A stretch of DNA of 64,000 nucleotides from Dictyostelium discoideum (taxonomy: Eukaryota). This document shows, one piece after another, positions 10,892-23,415 of this stretch. The notes under the pieces were generated by a model. The model made no database searches. It saw only the letters and a program-made list of their open reading frames with translations, and was not told where the DNA came from. A program made the position numbers and the translations under genes. The stretch's first letter is position 1; every line of letters starts with the position of its first letter. The stretch is from NCBI GenBank assembly GCA_000004695.1, contig CM000154.2, positions 3,104,001-3,168,000 on the forward strand, read 5' to 3'.

Positions 10892-11392
10892 CTATTCTGT
10901 TTGTTTTTGTTTTTGAGTTGAAGAAGTTAAATCATGAGCTTTGTTTACAAATTTAAAACCTAAATAACCTATGATTCCAATTGTCGCAGCAATACCCCAT
11001 GCATATGAATTAAATCTAACAAAACCTTTATACATTTCAGGTACATTTAAATTTACAGGTTTATTTGGATTATTACCTCCTTTACTTTCGAAATTCTTAT
11101 TACTTGTATTAAAATAATCTGAAAAACTTTCATAAGGTTTAAATGAGTTTGGATCATTTGACCATAAATGTTTTGGACCACCAGGTCCACCGAGTTTTGC
11201 ATTTTCTGCATTTATTTTTTGATTCTCTTGATATATCTTTTGATTCTTATCGATTTTATCCTTTAAATATTTTGGAATATGTGTATTATGCATTAAATTT
11301 TCATTCTCTAAATTTGGTGGTATCATTGAATCTTTAACATTTTTAATTGTTTGTGCTGTATCTTTATCAAAAAATGAATTCTTTTTTACCAT
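10892..11392 (-). CDS. Small 166-aa hypothetical protein with a single C-terminal TM helix
   Basis: ATG at 11392. TM segment 'YAWGIAATIGIIGYLGFKFV' near the C-terminus. It sits head-to-head with the oxidase gene that starts at 11871. Confidence 0.5.
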   Translation of the reverse strand: MVKKNSFFDKDTAQTIKNVKDSMIPPNLENENLMHNTHIPKYLKDKIDKNQKIYQENQKINAENAKLGGPGGPKHLWSNDPNSFKPYESFSDYFNTSNKNFESKGGNNPNKPVNLNVPEMYKGFVRFNSYAWGIAATIGIIGYLGFKFVNKAHDLTSSTQKQKQTE

Positions 11393-11520
11393 TTTGTTTT
11401 TTTTTTTTTTATTTTTTTAATTTATTATAAAGTATTACTGTTATATTTTTTTTTTTTAAAGAAAATAAAATAAAAAAAAAATTTTGAAATTAAATTAAAA
11501 AAAAAAAAATTAAAAATAAT

Positions 11521-11557
<37 letters not shown>

Positions 11558-11870
11558 AAAATAATTAAATTTTTGGTAAGATGAGAAAAATGAAAAAAGT
11601 GAAATAAACTAAAAAAGGGATATAAATAAAATTTTTGAATTGGTTATAGATTTCTTCTAATTCAGAATTTTAATTTTTGTTTTTTTTTTTTTTAAAATTT
11701 TATTTTTGTTTTTTTTTTTTTTTGTTTTTTTTTTTGTTTTTTTTTTTATTTTTATTGTTTAGTTTTTTTATTGTTTTGTTTTTTTTTTTTTTTAAAATCT
11801 TTTTGAAATATATTATATTTATTTGTATTTATTTATATTTATTTAGAGAAAAAAAAAAATAAAAAAAAAG

Positions 11871-13229
11871 ATGGAATCAAATCAAAAATGTGGTGCAACA
11901 CAAATTGTAAATGAATTTTGTGAATCAATTGAAGGAATTGTTTTTAGAAAAGGATCAGAAGAATATAAACAAAATGTTAATAAACGTTGGAATATTGATG
12001 TTGTGAATACACCATTATTAATAGTTTATCCAAAGAATATTCAAGATGTTGTTAAAGCTGTTAATTTTTCAAGAGAATGTCAACTTGATTTTGCAGTGAT
12101 TGCAGGTGCTCATGGATTTAAATCAACTTGTGACAATGGATTACTATTGAATATCTCAAGTATGAAAAATATTAAAGTTGATGAAGCAAGCAAGACTGTT
12201 GTTGTTGAGACTGGTTGTACATTGGGTGATTTAGATAAAGAAACTTCAAAATTTGGATTAGGGATACCTTCTGGACATGTTAGTCATACTGGTTTGGGTG
12301 GATTAACATTGGGTGGTGGTATAGGTCACCTTTCAAGATCACTTGGATTAACATCAGATAATTTAATTGGTTGTACATTGGTAAACTATAAAGGTGAGAT
12401 TGAAAAGGTCACTGATCAATCAAATAAAGAACTTATCTATGCAATTAGAGGTGCCGGTAGTAATTTCGGTGTTATCACTGATTTCACATTTAAATTACAT
12501 CCAGTGAAGGATGTTTACTTGGGTACTTTTGTTTACCCACATGCAACCTCAAAGGAGCCATTGACATTACTTGGTGAGTATGCGTCAAGTAAAGATGTTC
12601 CAAATGAACTCTCATGTGCAATTTCAATTACACCAGAGGGTGTTGTAGTTATGGCGATTTATAATGGTACTGAGGAACAAGGTAAACCATACATTGAAAA
12701 GATCGCTAGCTTTGGTGTGCCAGTAGTTTCGAAAATTTCAATGATACCATATGTACAATTACAATGTTTAATCGATAATAAAGTTCCACATGGTTTGAAA
12801 TATTATCAAAGAGGTCCATTCATTAAAGAGGCATTAAATGCTGACATGATTGAAATCATTTTGGATGCTTACAATAAACATCCAACTAAATCTTGTGCAA
12901 TTCTTTTAACTCATTTAGGTGGTAAAGTTAGAGAACCAGTTGAAGATGATTTCTCTTCATTTGCTCATAGAAATTCAGAATACCAAATTATCTTTGCCTC
13001 AATCATTCCATCTGATCAAGATAAACCATCAATTAAACAATGGACTGCCGATGTTCATACCAAATTAATGCCATATTGTTTTGGTGATTATTCAAATACT
13101 ACCGATGGTACTCAACCAATTGAAATTATCTATGGTAAACATACAAATAAATTAATTCAATTAAAAACAAAATATGATCCATTAAATTTCTTTAAAAATA
13201 ATACAAATATTAAACCAATTCAAAATTAA
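11871..13229 (+). CDS. FAD-linked oxidoreductase of the berberine-bridge-enzyme / vanillyl-alcohol-oxidase family, 452 aa
   Basis: It has an FAD-binding PCMH-type domain. Motifs include 'PLLIVYPKNIQDVVKAVNFSRE', 'AVIAGAHGFKS' and 'GLGGLTLGGGIGHLSRSLGLTSDNL'. The C-terminal BBE signature is 'YDPLNFFKNNTNIKP'. Single exon. Confidence 0.85.
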   Translation: MESNQKCGATQIVNEFCESIEGIVFRKGSEEYKQNVNKRWNIDVVNTPLLIVYPKNIQDVVKAVNFSRECQLDFAVIAGAHGFKSTCDNGLLLNISSMKNIKVDEASKTVVVETGCTLGDLDKETSKFGLGIPSGHVSHTGLGGLTLGGGIGHLSRSLGLTSDNLIGCTLVNYKGEIEKVTDQSNKELIYAIRGAGSNFGVITDFTFKLHPVKDVYLGTFVYPHATSKEPLTLLGEYASSKDVPNELSCAISITPEGVVVMAIYNGTEEQGKPYIEKIASFGVPVVSKISMIPYVQLQCLIDNKVPHGLKYYQRGPFIKEALNADMIEIILDAYNKHPTKSCAILLTHLGGKVREPVEDDFSSFAHRNSEYQIIFASIIPSDQDKPSIKQWTADVHTKLMPYCFGDYSNTTDGTQPIEIIYGKHTNKLIQLKTKYDPLNFFKNNTNIKPIQN

Positions 13230-13342
13230 AATAATAAATATTTAAATAAATAAATAAATATAATTATGATGTATTGAATTTAATAGTTTATTACATTTTT
13301 TTTTTTTTTTTAATAAATAAATAAATAGGGGGAGGGGTTCTT

Positions 13343-13384
<42 letters not shown>

Positions 13385-13431
13385 ATTGATCGGTAGTTCT
13401 AAGTTTTCAAAGTTTTCTAATTTTTTTTTCT

Positions 13432-15277
<1,846 letters not shown>

Positions 15278-16271
15278 ATTTTAATTTTATTACACTACTT
15301 TTTTTTTTTTTTAAAACAACTTGGACAACCTTTATTTTAATTATTAAAAAAAATTGTATTACATTAATATTTACTTTTTTTTTTTGTTTTTTTTTTTATT
15401 TTTTTTTTTTTGATGATTTTAATTTATTGTAATGCAAATTGGGTGTGGGTTTTTTTTTACAAAAAAAAAAAAATCAAGATATTAATTAAATTCTTTGAAA
15501 AAAAAGAAAAAAAAAATAAAGACTGATTATTTATTTTTTTTTATTTTTTATTTTTTATTTTTTTTTTTTAAATGTTATTTATTTATAACTTACTTTTGGA
15601 GTAACTAGGTATATTTTATAATGCAATATTTAAATGCAATCTATAAAAAGTTGTTGTGTTCTAAAAAAAAAAAATTATTATAAAATAAAAAAAAAAAAAA
15701 AAAAAAAAATAAAAATCCACTTTTTTTAAAAAAAAAAAAAAAAAATAAAAAAAAAAAGGTTGGAAAATCTAGACGTTGCGAAAATTGATATAAAATTGGA
15801 TTTTGGTATCTTTTATTTTTCATTTTATTTTACTTTCAATTAATATTTAATAACTAAATTATTATTATTATTTCATTTTTTCAATTAAAAATTAATTATT
15901 TATAAATTAATTCGATTTATTTTATTTTATTTTATTTTATTTTATTTTATTTTATTTTACTTTATAATTAAAAAAAAAAAAAAAAAAAATTAAAAATAAA
16001 AATAACAAAAAAATAATAAAAAAATAAAAAAAAATAAAAAAGGATGGAATATTTATAGTTAAAAGAAAAAAAAAAAAAAAAAAAAAAAAAAGAAATTTTA
16101 TCTTTTTTTTAATCAATTTTAGACTTAAATTTCAAAAAAAGAAAATGGGAAAAAAAAAAAAAATTAATTAATTAAAATTAAAATTGGTTCGGTTTAAAAA
16201 TTAATAATTTTTTTTTTAATTTTAAATTTTTTTTTTTTTTTTTTTTTTTTTCAAATTTTTTTTTATCACTC

Positions 16272-16307
<36 letters not shown>

Positions 16308-16416
16308 CATTATCGAAAGAGGTCAATCAGATATTTCAAATTTTTTATTTTTTTTTTTTCTAAACAATTATTTTTTTTTTCCTTCAAATTAAATAATCAA
16401 ATACAATTTATACATA

Positions 16417-16851
16417 ATGTCATCATCAGAAAGTGAAAGTGAAGCCCCAAAAAAATTATTTTTATCACCAATTGCAAAACCACTTGCTGATCCAAAACTT
16501 ACACTCAAATTATTAAAGTTGGTTAAAAAAGCATCAAAAGATAAGAAAATCAGCAGAGGTGTAAAAGAAGTTGTTAAACAAGTTAAAAAAACCAAAGATT
16601 CAAGCAGAAATAAAAATAGAATTTGTATTATTGCTGGCGATGTCAGCCCAATCGATGTCATTTCTCACATCCCAGTCTTATTAGAAGAATCTGGTATTAA
16701 ATATATTTATGTTCCATCAAAAGAATCTTTAGGTACTGCTTCATCAACTAAAAGACCAACAAGTATTGCTTTAGTCGATTTAGATAATGATTCTGAACAC
16801 AAGAAATTATTATCTCAATGTCTTGAAAAAATCCCAGCTGTAAGTATTTAA
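16417..16851 (+). CDS. nhp2: H/ACA ribonucleoprotein complex subunit NHP2 (L7Ae/L30e fold). The 3' end may be spliced.
   Basis: 'RGVKEVVKQVKK...ICIIAGDVSPIDVISHIPVLLEESGIKYIYVPSKESLGTASSTKRPTSIALV' aligns well with NHP2 'RGVKEVQKFV...VLAGDTLPIEVYCHLPVMCEDRNLPYVYIPSKTDLGAAAGSKRPTCV'. A perfect GTAAGT donor follows codon '...KIPA' at 16840-16845. Two acceptors are possible: aatag near 16957 giving an immediate stop, or tttag near 17113 adding Leu then stop. The last 1-4 residues are therefore uncertain. Confidence 0.75.
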   Translation: MSSSESESEAPKKLFLSPIAKPLADPKLTLKLLKLVKKASKDKKISRGVKEVVKQVKKTKDSSRNKNRICIIAGDVSPIDVISHIPVLLEESGIKYIYVPSKESLGTASSTKRPTSIALVDLDNDSEHKKLLSQCLEKIPAVSI

Positions 16852-17179
16852 TTTTTTTTTTTTTAAAAAAAAATAAATTTCATATACTAATATTATTTCT
16901 TTCTTTCTTCCTTTCTTTTTTCTTTCTTTATTTTATTTTTTTCAATTTAATAATAGTAAATAAAGAAAATAATTAAAAAAAAAGAAAAAATAAAAAACAA
17001 ATAAAAAAAAAAAAATAAAAAAAAAAAAAAAGAAAAAATAGTTTTAAAAAAAAAAAAAAAAGAAATCTATTTATATTTTAGTTTTATTTATTTATTTATG
17101 TTTAGTTATAAAGAATCGATTGAATTTTTCTTTTTTTTTAATTGTTTTTATTAAACTTATTGATTTTTTTTTTTTTTAT

Positions 17180-20100
17180 TTATTTACCAAAACTACCTCC
17201 ACCAAGTGATGCAAATGAAGGTGCACTATTTGAACCAAATTGTGAACCAAATACTGATGAGGTTGGTTGAGAACTAGTTGAACCAAATACACTACCACCA
17301 CCAAATGCACTGGTAGTTGGAGTGCTACCAAATGCAGAAGTACCACCAAATGCAGGAGTTGAGGAACTACCAAATGCACTGGTAGTAGGGGCACCACCAA
17401 ATGCAGAAGTACCACCAAACGCAGGAGTTGAGGAACTACCAAATGCACTGGTAGTTGGAGTGCTACCAAATGCAGGAGTTGAGGAACTACCAAATGCATT
17501 GGTAGTTGGAGCGCCGCCAAATGCACTGGTAGTTGGAGTGCTGCCAAATGCAGATGTACTACCAAATGCACTTGTAGTTGGAGTGCTACCAAATGCACCT
17601 GTAGTTGGAGTGCTACCAAATGCACTGGTAGTAGGAGTACTGCCAAATGCACCTGTAGTTGGAGTGCTGCCAAATGCACCTGTAGTTGGAGTGCTGCCAA
17701 ATGCACTTGTGGCTGGAGTGCTACCAAATGCACTTGTAGTTGGAGCGCTACCAAATGCACCTGTGGCTGGAGTGCTACCAAATGCACTTGTAGTTGGAGC
17801 ACTGCCGAATGCAGATGTACCACCAAATGCAGGGGTTGAGGAGCTTCCAAATGCGCTGGTCGTTGTGGTTGGAGCACTGCCAAATGCACTTGTAGTTGGA
17901 GCACTTCCAAATGCAGGTGTACCACCAAATGCAGGAGTTGTTGAGGAGCTTCCAAATGCACTAGTTGTTGGTGTTGTTGTTGATCCACCTCCACCAAATG
18001 CAGATGTGTTACCAAATACGGATGGTGTTGTTGAAGTACTTCCAAAGGCGCTTGTTGTGGTAGATGGAGACGAAGTGGAACCAAATACAGATGAAGTTTG
18101 TGGAGCTGGTTTTGCACCAAATACACTACCACCTCCACCAAATGGTGTTGGTGTTGCTGTTGTTGCACCAAATGAAGATGTTGTGGTAGAACCACCAAAG
18201 GCACTAGCAGTAGATGGAGCGGAACCAAATACAGATGAAGTTTGTGGGGCTGGCTTTGCACCAAATACACTCCCACCAAATGGAGATGGTGGAGAATTTG
18301 TTGATGCTTGAGAAAAGATACTACCCCCTCCGGTGGTAGTAGAGGCACTATTACCACCAAATACTGATGGAGGAGTAGGAGTGGCTGCAGTTGTTGTAGG
18401 TGTTGTAGTTGTACCAAATAAACCACCAGAACCAAATGGAGAAGAACCACTTGCAGTAGATGTGGTGTTGCCACCAAAATTCAATGCACCCAATGCATTA
18501 TTAGCATTGGCGCTATCTTTTTCAGCTTTTTCTTTTGCCTCCTTTTCTAATTTTTCTTTTGCTTCTTTTTCTAGTTTTTCTTTAGCTTCTTTTTCAGCTT
18601 TTTCTTTTGCTTCTCTTTCAAGTTTTTCTTTTGCTTCTCTTTCTAGTTTTTCTTTTGCCTCCTTTTCAATTTTTTCTCTTGCTTCTTTTTCAGCCTTTTC
18701 TTTAGCCTCTCTTTCTTGTTTTTCATTTGCTTCTTTTTCAGCTTTTTCTTTAGCCTCTCTTTCTTGTTTTTCTTTTAACTCTCTTGCTTGTTTTTCCTTT
18801 GCTTCTCTTTCTAGTTTATCTTTTAATTCTCTTGCTTGTTTTTCCTTTGCTTCTCTTTCTTCTCTTTCTAGTTTATCTTGTAATTCTCTTGTTTCTCTTT
18901 CAATTTTTTCTTGTCTTTCTTTTGCTTCCTTTTCTAAATCTAAATTCTTTGTAAATAAACTATTTGAATTTGTTGGTTGTTGTGAATTAAATAAATTACC
19001 AAAGTTATTATTGTTACCAAATTGTTGTTGTTGTTGTGGTTGTTGTTTATTTAATGAAGGGATAGGATTTATTGGTTCTTCAATATATTCTTCATCATCC
19101 TCATCATATTGTTCGTCATCATCATCATCATCTTCATCATATTCTTCATTACCATCTTGATAATCATCATAGGATTGATTATTATTAATGAAATTTTGAG
19201 CAGTTGAAGCAAAAGAGATATGAGAAGTTGGAGTAAAAGAAGAAGTTGTTGAAGAAGGTGAAGAAATTGTACCACTAGTTTTAATTGGAGTTATATTTGA
19301 AGTGAATTTATAACTTGAATTTGCAAATGCATTATCTTTTGATAAACTTATACCCCTCAATGCTGGTGGTGGTTCAATGATTTCACTATTATTATTATTG
19401 TTGTTGTTATATTCATTATTAATGATATCATCATCAAATTGTGGATCATCAATTTGTTCACTCTTAAAGAAACTTGTAAAATCTGGATATTGTGGTTTAA
19501 TAACTTGACTAGATTTTCTCTTTAATACTGAAATTAAATTCTTATAACCATTTGATTTTGAAACATTAACTTCATGACGATAATTTTCAATAGTTGGTTT
19601 TGTTGTTGATTTAATATCTTTACCACTACCATTATCATTTAAAATATTTACATTATTCTCTAATGATAATCTTGATAATTGTAATTCAGTATATTGATTA
19701 ATATCAATTGAATCTTTTAATCTATCCATTTTATCTTTATTCAATTTCAATTTATTTAATTTCTTTTCAATCTTTTCAATTTCACATCTTAAATTTGTTT
19801 CAGTTTGTGAAATATTTGAAAGTGATTGATAAATTAATGACATACTATTAATATGAACTTTTTCAATATTGTTTTGATTATTTTGATTATTTTGATTATT
19901 TTCTAAAAATTTAAAATGAGTTTGTTCAAAATTTTGAATATCCAAAGATAAATTACGATAGTTTGATAAAAGTTTATCTTTTTGTTCTAAAGTTGAAGGA
20001 TCTAAATTTCTATTTGCTAAAATTTGTTTATAATTTGTTGAGGAATATTGTTGAGTATGTGATTCTAAATCCAATGATAATGAAAGGTTCTTTAAGACTT

Positions 20101-21580
20101 GTGATTTCAAAAGTGATGATTGCTTATCATTCTTTTTGAATTCAGTGGTCAAAGAGTTTATTGATTGTTGAAATTCTTCAATTTCGGTTTTAGTATTTTG
20201 ATGATTGGCTAAAAAACCATTCTTTATAGTTTGGTGGATTTTATTACCTTCAATTGAATTCCTTCTAATTGCTTGATAATAATTTTCAATTGATTTCAAA
20301 TTCTTTCTAATTTGTTGAGATATTGGTGATTGACCATTATAAACATTACTTGTATTTTCAATCTTTTGCATATATTTCTTTAATGTTGAATTTGGATATA
20401 CATTTGAATTACCACTTAATTCATTCTTTATTGGTGTAGAAATTGGTGTTGAAATTGGTGTTGGTGCTGAATTTTGTCTTTTAAATGGTTGTTGTTGAGA
20501 TTGTTGTTGTTGAGATGGTTGTTGAGATGGTTGTTGTTGTTTTTGTGATGGTGCAGTTGATACACTATTAGTAAATGTAGTTGACATTGATTTAATTGGG
20601 CTGATAGTTGGGATGGTTTTTGGTTTTTGTTGTTGTTGTGTTGATTGTTGTTGTTGTTGTTGTTGTTGGAAGATTGAAGTTGTTGGTGCTTGTTGTTGTT
20701 GGAGGATTGAAGTTGTTGGTGATTGCTGTTGTTGTTGGAAGATTGAAGTTGTTGGTGCTTGTTGTTGTTGTTGAAAGATTGAAGTTGTTGGTGCTTTCGG
20801 TTGTTGAAAGATTGAAGTTGTTGGTGTTTGTTGTGGTTGTTGGAATAAGGATGGAGCTGGTGTTTGTGTTGTTTGGAATAAAGATGAGGATGGTTGTTGT
20901 GGTTTTTGTTGTTGGAAAAGGGATGGGGTTTGTGATTGGAAAAGAGATGGTGTTTGTTGTTGTTGTTGTTGCTCTTGTTGTTGTTGTTGTTGTTGTTGTT
21001 GAATTGATTTTGGTGATTGAATTATTGATAAATTTTTTGAATTAATATTGAAAAGGTTTGAAAATTTGAAATGAGCAGAATCATCAACAATTAATAAAAT
21101 TGGAACAGGTGGGAAAGTACCATTGGTAGTATATTTTTGAATACCATTTAAATTTTTTGGTTGAGTTGGATAACATGTAATTAATTGCATACCCAATACA
21201 ACAGGATTTGGTAAAGTTATACCAAATTCGTCTTCTAATTTCAATGTTTTCCATTCTCTAGTTTTTGTATCGAGTTGAAGTAAATCTGGGCCCATACCTT
21301 TATTTGAACATACTATTAATAAATTCCAATCCTTAATAAAACTACTAGCTAAATGAATAGCCGATTGAAAATTACCCTCTGGCATAATAGATAATTGAAA
21401 TTCTTGGGACTTAGATTCATCATCTTTAAGATCAAATAAAAATGCTGGTGAATCTTCATATTCATCCATTCTAACAATATAATATTGAACTAATAAAAAT
21501 TCATCTGCAACTAAATTTATTGATGAAACTATATATATTTATTTTTAAAATAATTATTATTAATTAGTTTAAATTTCTAT

Positions 21581-21620
<40 letters not shown>

Positions 21621-22079
21621 CATTCAACTTACCATAGTAATTTAATTCTTCCTCTTCTTCATCTTCATCTTCATAATTAGTAATTGGATTTTCAATTCTA
21701 AAGATTTCATGACCTGGTTTACTTGAATCAATTAAAATAATACTAGAATCTTCTAATGCAACATAAATTTGTTTACTTTTTTTAACATCCCAACAAACTA
21801 TAATAATAAATAATAATAATAATAATATAGTTAGAAAAAAGAAATGGTATTGAATAATCATAAATAATAACAATATAAATATATATTTACCATCAACAGC
21901 AGGTTCTTCAATTTTATTTAAAGAACCATTTCCAATAGAAACAAAGAATAATGATGAATTTGCAGTTACAACAGCAATAGTATCATTTGAATGATTCCAC
22001 TTTGTTGATGCAATATTACTATCAAATTTACCATTAATTTCAACGATTGGTTTAATATTGACCCATTTCTATATAATAG

Positions 22080-22118
<39 letters not shown>

Positions 22119-22609
22119 ATTAGTATACTAATTTAATAGTTTATATGTATATTTTATATTTAAATAATTTTAATAAATGATGTTACCTTTGAAATTGAAT
22201 CTTTTGTTGAATAAACTTTTAAAGTTTTATGATAAGAAATTGAAAAGTAATCACCATTTGGTGAGAATAATAAATTGATTTTAAAAGATGTTTTGGTACT
22301 TGATGGTATTTCAAATACTTTTCCTACTTTAATAATGGTTGGACATGATAAAATGGTTGTTTGATCATTTGTATCTTGGTCATTGCTTTGAATGTAATTT
22401 AATAAACCCTCGATTGGTGTAACTAATAAATCATTCAACTCAGGTGATACAATTAATAATATACCATATTCATTTGAAATTGTAATAACATTGGAATCAA
22501 AATCAATCTTTGAATTATCATAACCTGATATATCTTGACCAATTTCAAAATCCTCTATATCTGATTTAAAATCATTAAATTTTAAATAATCTATATCTTG
22601 ACTTTCCAT
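17180..22609 (-). CDS. FG-repeat nucleoporin, about 1704 aa. It has an N-terminal beta-propeller region, a coiled-coil/charged middle and C-terminal xxFG repeats. Nup214/Nup159-like architecture.
   Basis: Exons are 22609-22187 (donor GTAACA), 22068-21891 (acceptor tatag, donor GTAAAT), 21797-21633 (acceptor tatag, donor GTAAGT) and 21528-17180 (acceptor tatag). Phases are 0, 1, 1. The C-terminal ~450 aa is '(S/T)AFGS(T/A)PTT(S/G)' repeats. The middle carries the heptad-like 'EKQARELKDKLEREAKEK' and a Q/P/T-rich 'SLFQQ' region. Confidence 0.75.
17290..18010. repeat. Tandem nucleotide array of ~24-27 bp units (CCAAATGCACTGGTAGTTGGAGTGCTA) encoding the nucleoporin's FG repeats
   Basis: More than 25 near-identical units are visible. 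They also give rise to spurious long ORFs on both strands (17176-18477 -, 17322-18311 +). Confidence 0.85.
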
Positions 22610-22754
22610 TGATTATATAAATATATATATATATAATTTTGTTTGTTATTTCGTTATATATATATAAACAAACAAATTAACAAAGAATCAAACAAACTCT
22701 AAATTTATTTAGTGTGTGTGGGTGTTTATTGCTTTGTGTATCAATTTCAACAAA

Positions 22755-22792
<38 letters not shown>

Positions 22793-22809
22793 AACACAAA
22801 AAAAAAATT

Positions 22810-22843
<34 letters not shown>

Positions 22844-22955
22844 TTAATTTAATATTTTTATTTCTAAAATTACAATTACTCTTTTGGGAATCATTTTAAA
22901 TTAATAAATAAAATTTTAAAAAATAAAATATTAAAATATTTAATTTATTTAATTT

Positions 22956-22992
<37 letters not shown>

Positions 22993-23026
22993 TTATTTTT
23001 TTTTTTAAATTTTAAAATGGCTTCGG

Positions 23027-23060
<34 letters not shown>

Positions 23061-23156
23061 TTTTTTTTCTCTTTCAGACCAAGCCTAGATTTTTGTAAAA
23101 TTTAATTTAATATATGAAAATTTTACATTTTTTTTTTATAAAATAACAAAAAAAAT

Positions 23157-23351
23157 ATGATATTTCAAGATGTCAGAGGATTTGAAGAAGAAGAAGATGA
23201 TTCAATCCTAATAACAGTTGATAACAATTATTTAAATAGATATAAAAATAAACATAATGGAAATAATCGGAGTAATAATAATAATAATAATAATAAAAAT
23301 AAAAATAATAATAATAATGATAGTAATAATGTAAAAATTAATAATGATAAC

Positions 23352-23415
<64 letters not shown>

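Noticed and set aside
17176-19160. Long ORFs on both strands overlapping the nucleoporin FG-repeat region (17176-18477 -, 17322-18311 +, 18333-19160 +)
   Set aside because: They are frame-shifted or antisense readings of the same tandem repeat. Their products are pure 'LVVHLH/PNALVVG' repeats with no start context. The in-frame nucleoporin reading gives classic FG repeats contiguous with a real N-terminal domain.
22625-22700. An imperfect palindrome (AATTTTGTTTGTT ... AACAAACAAATT) just upstream of the nucleoporin ATG
   Set aside because: Short, imperfect and AT-rich. It is likely a chance or 5' UTR feature, and I cannot attribute a function to it.
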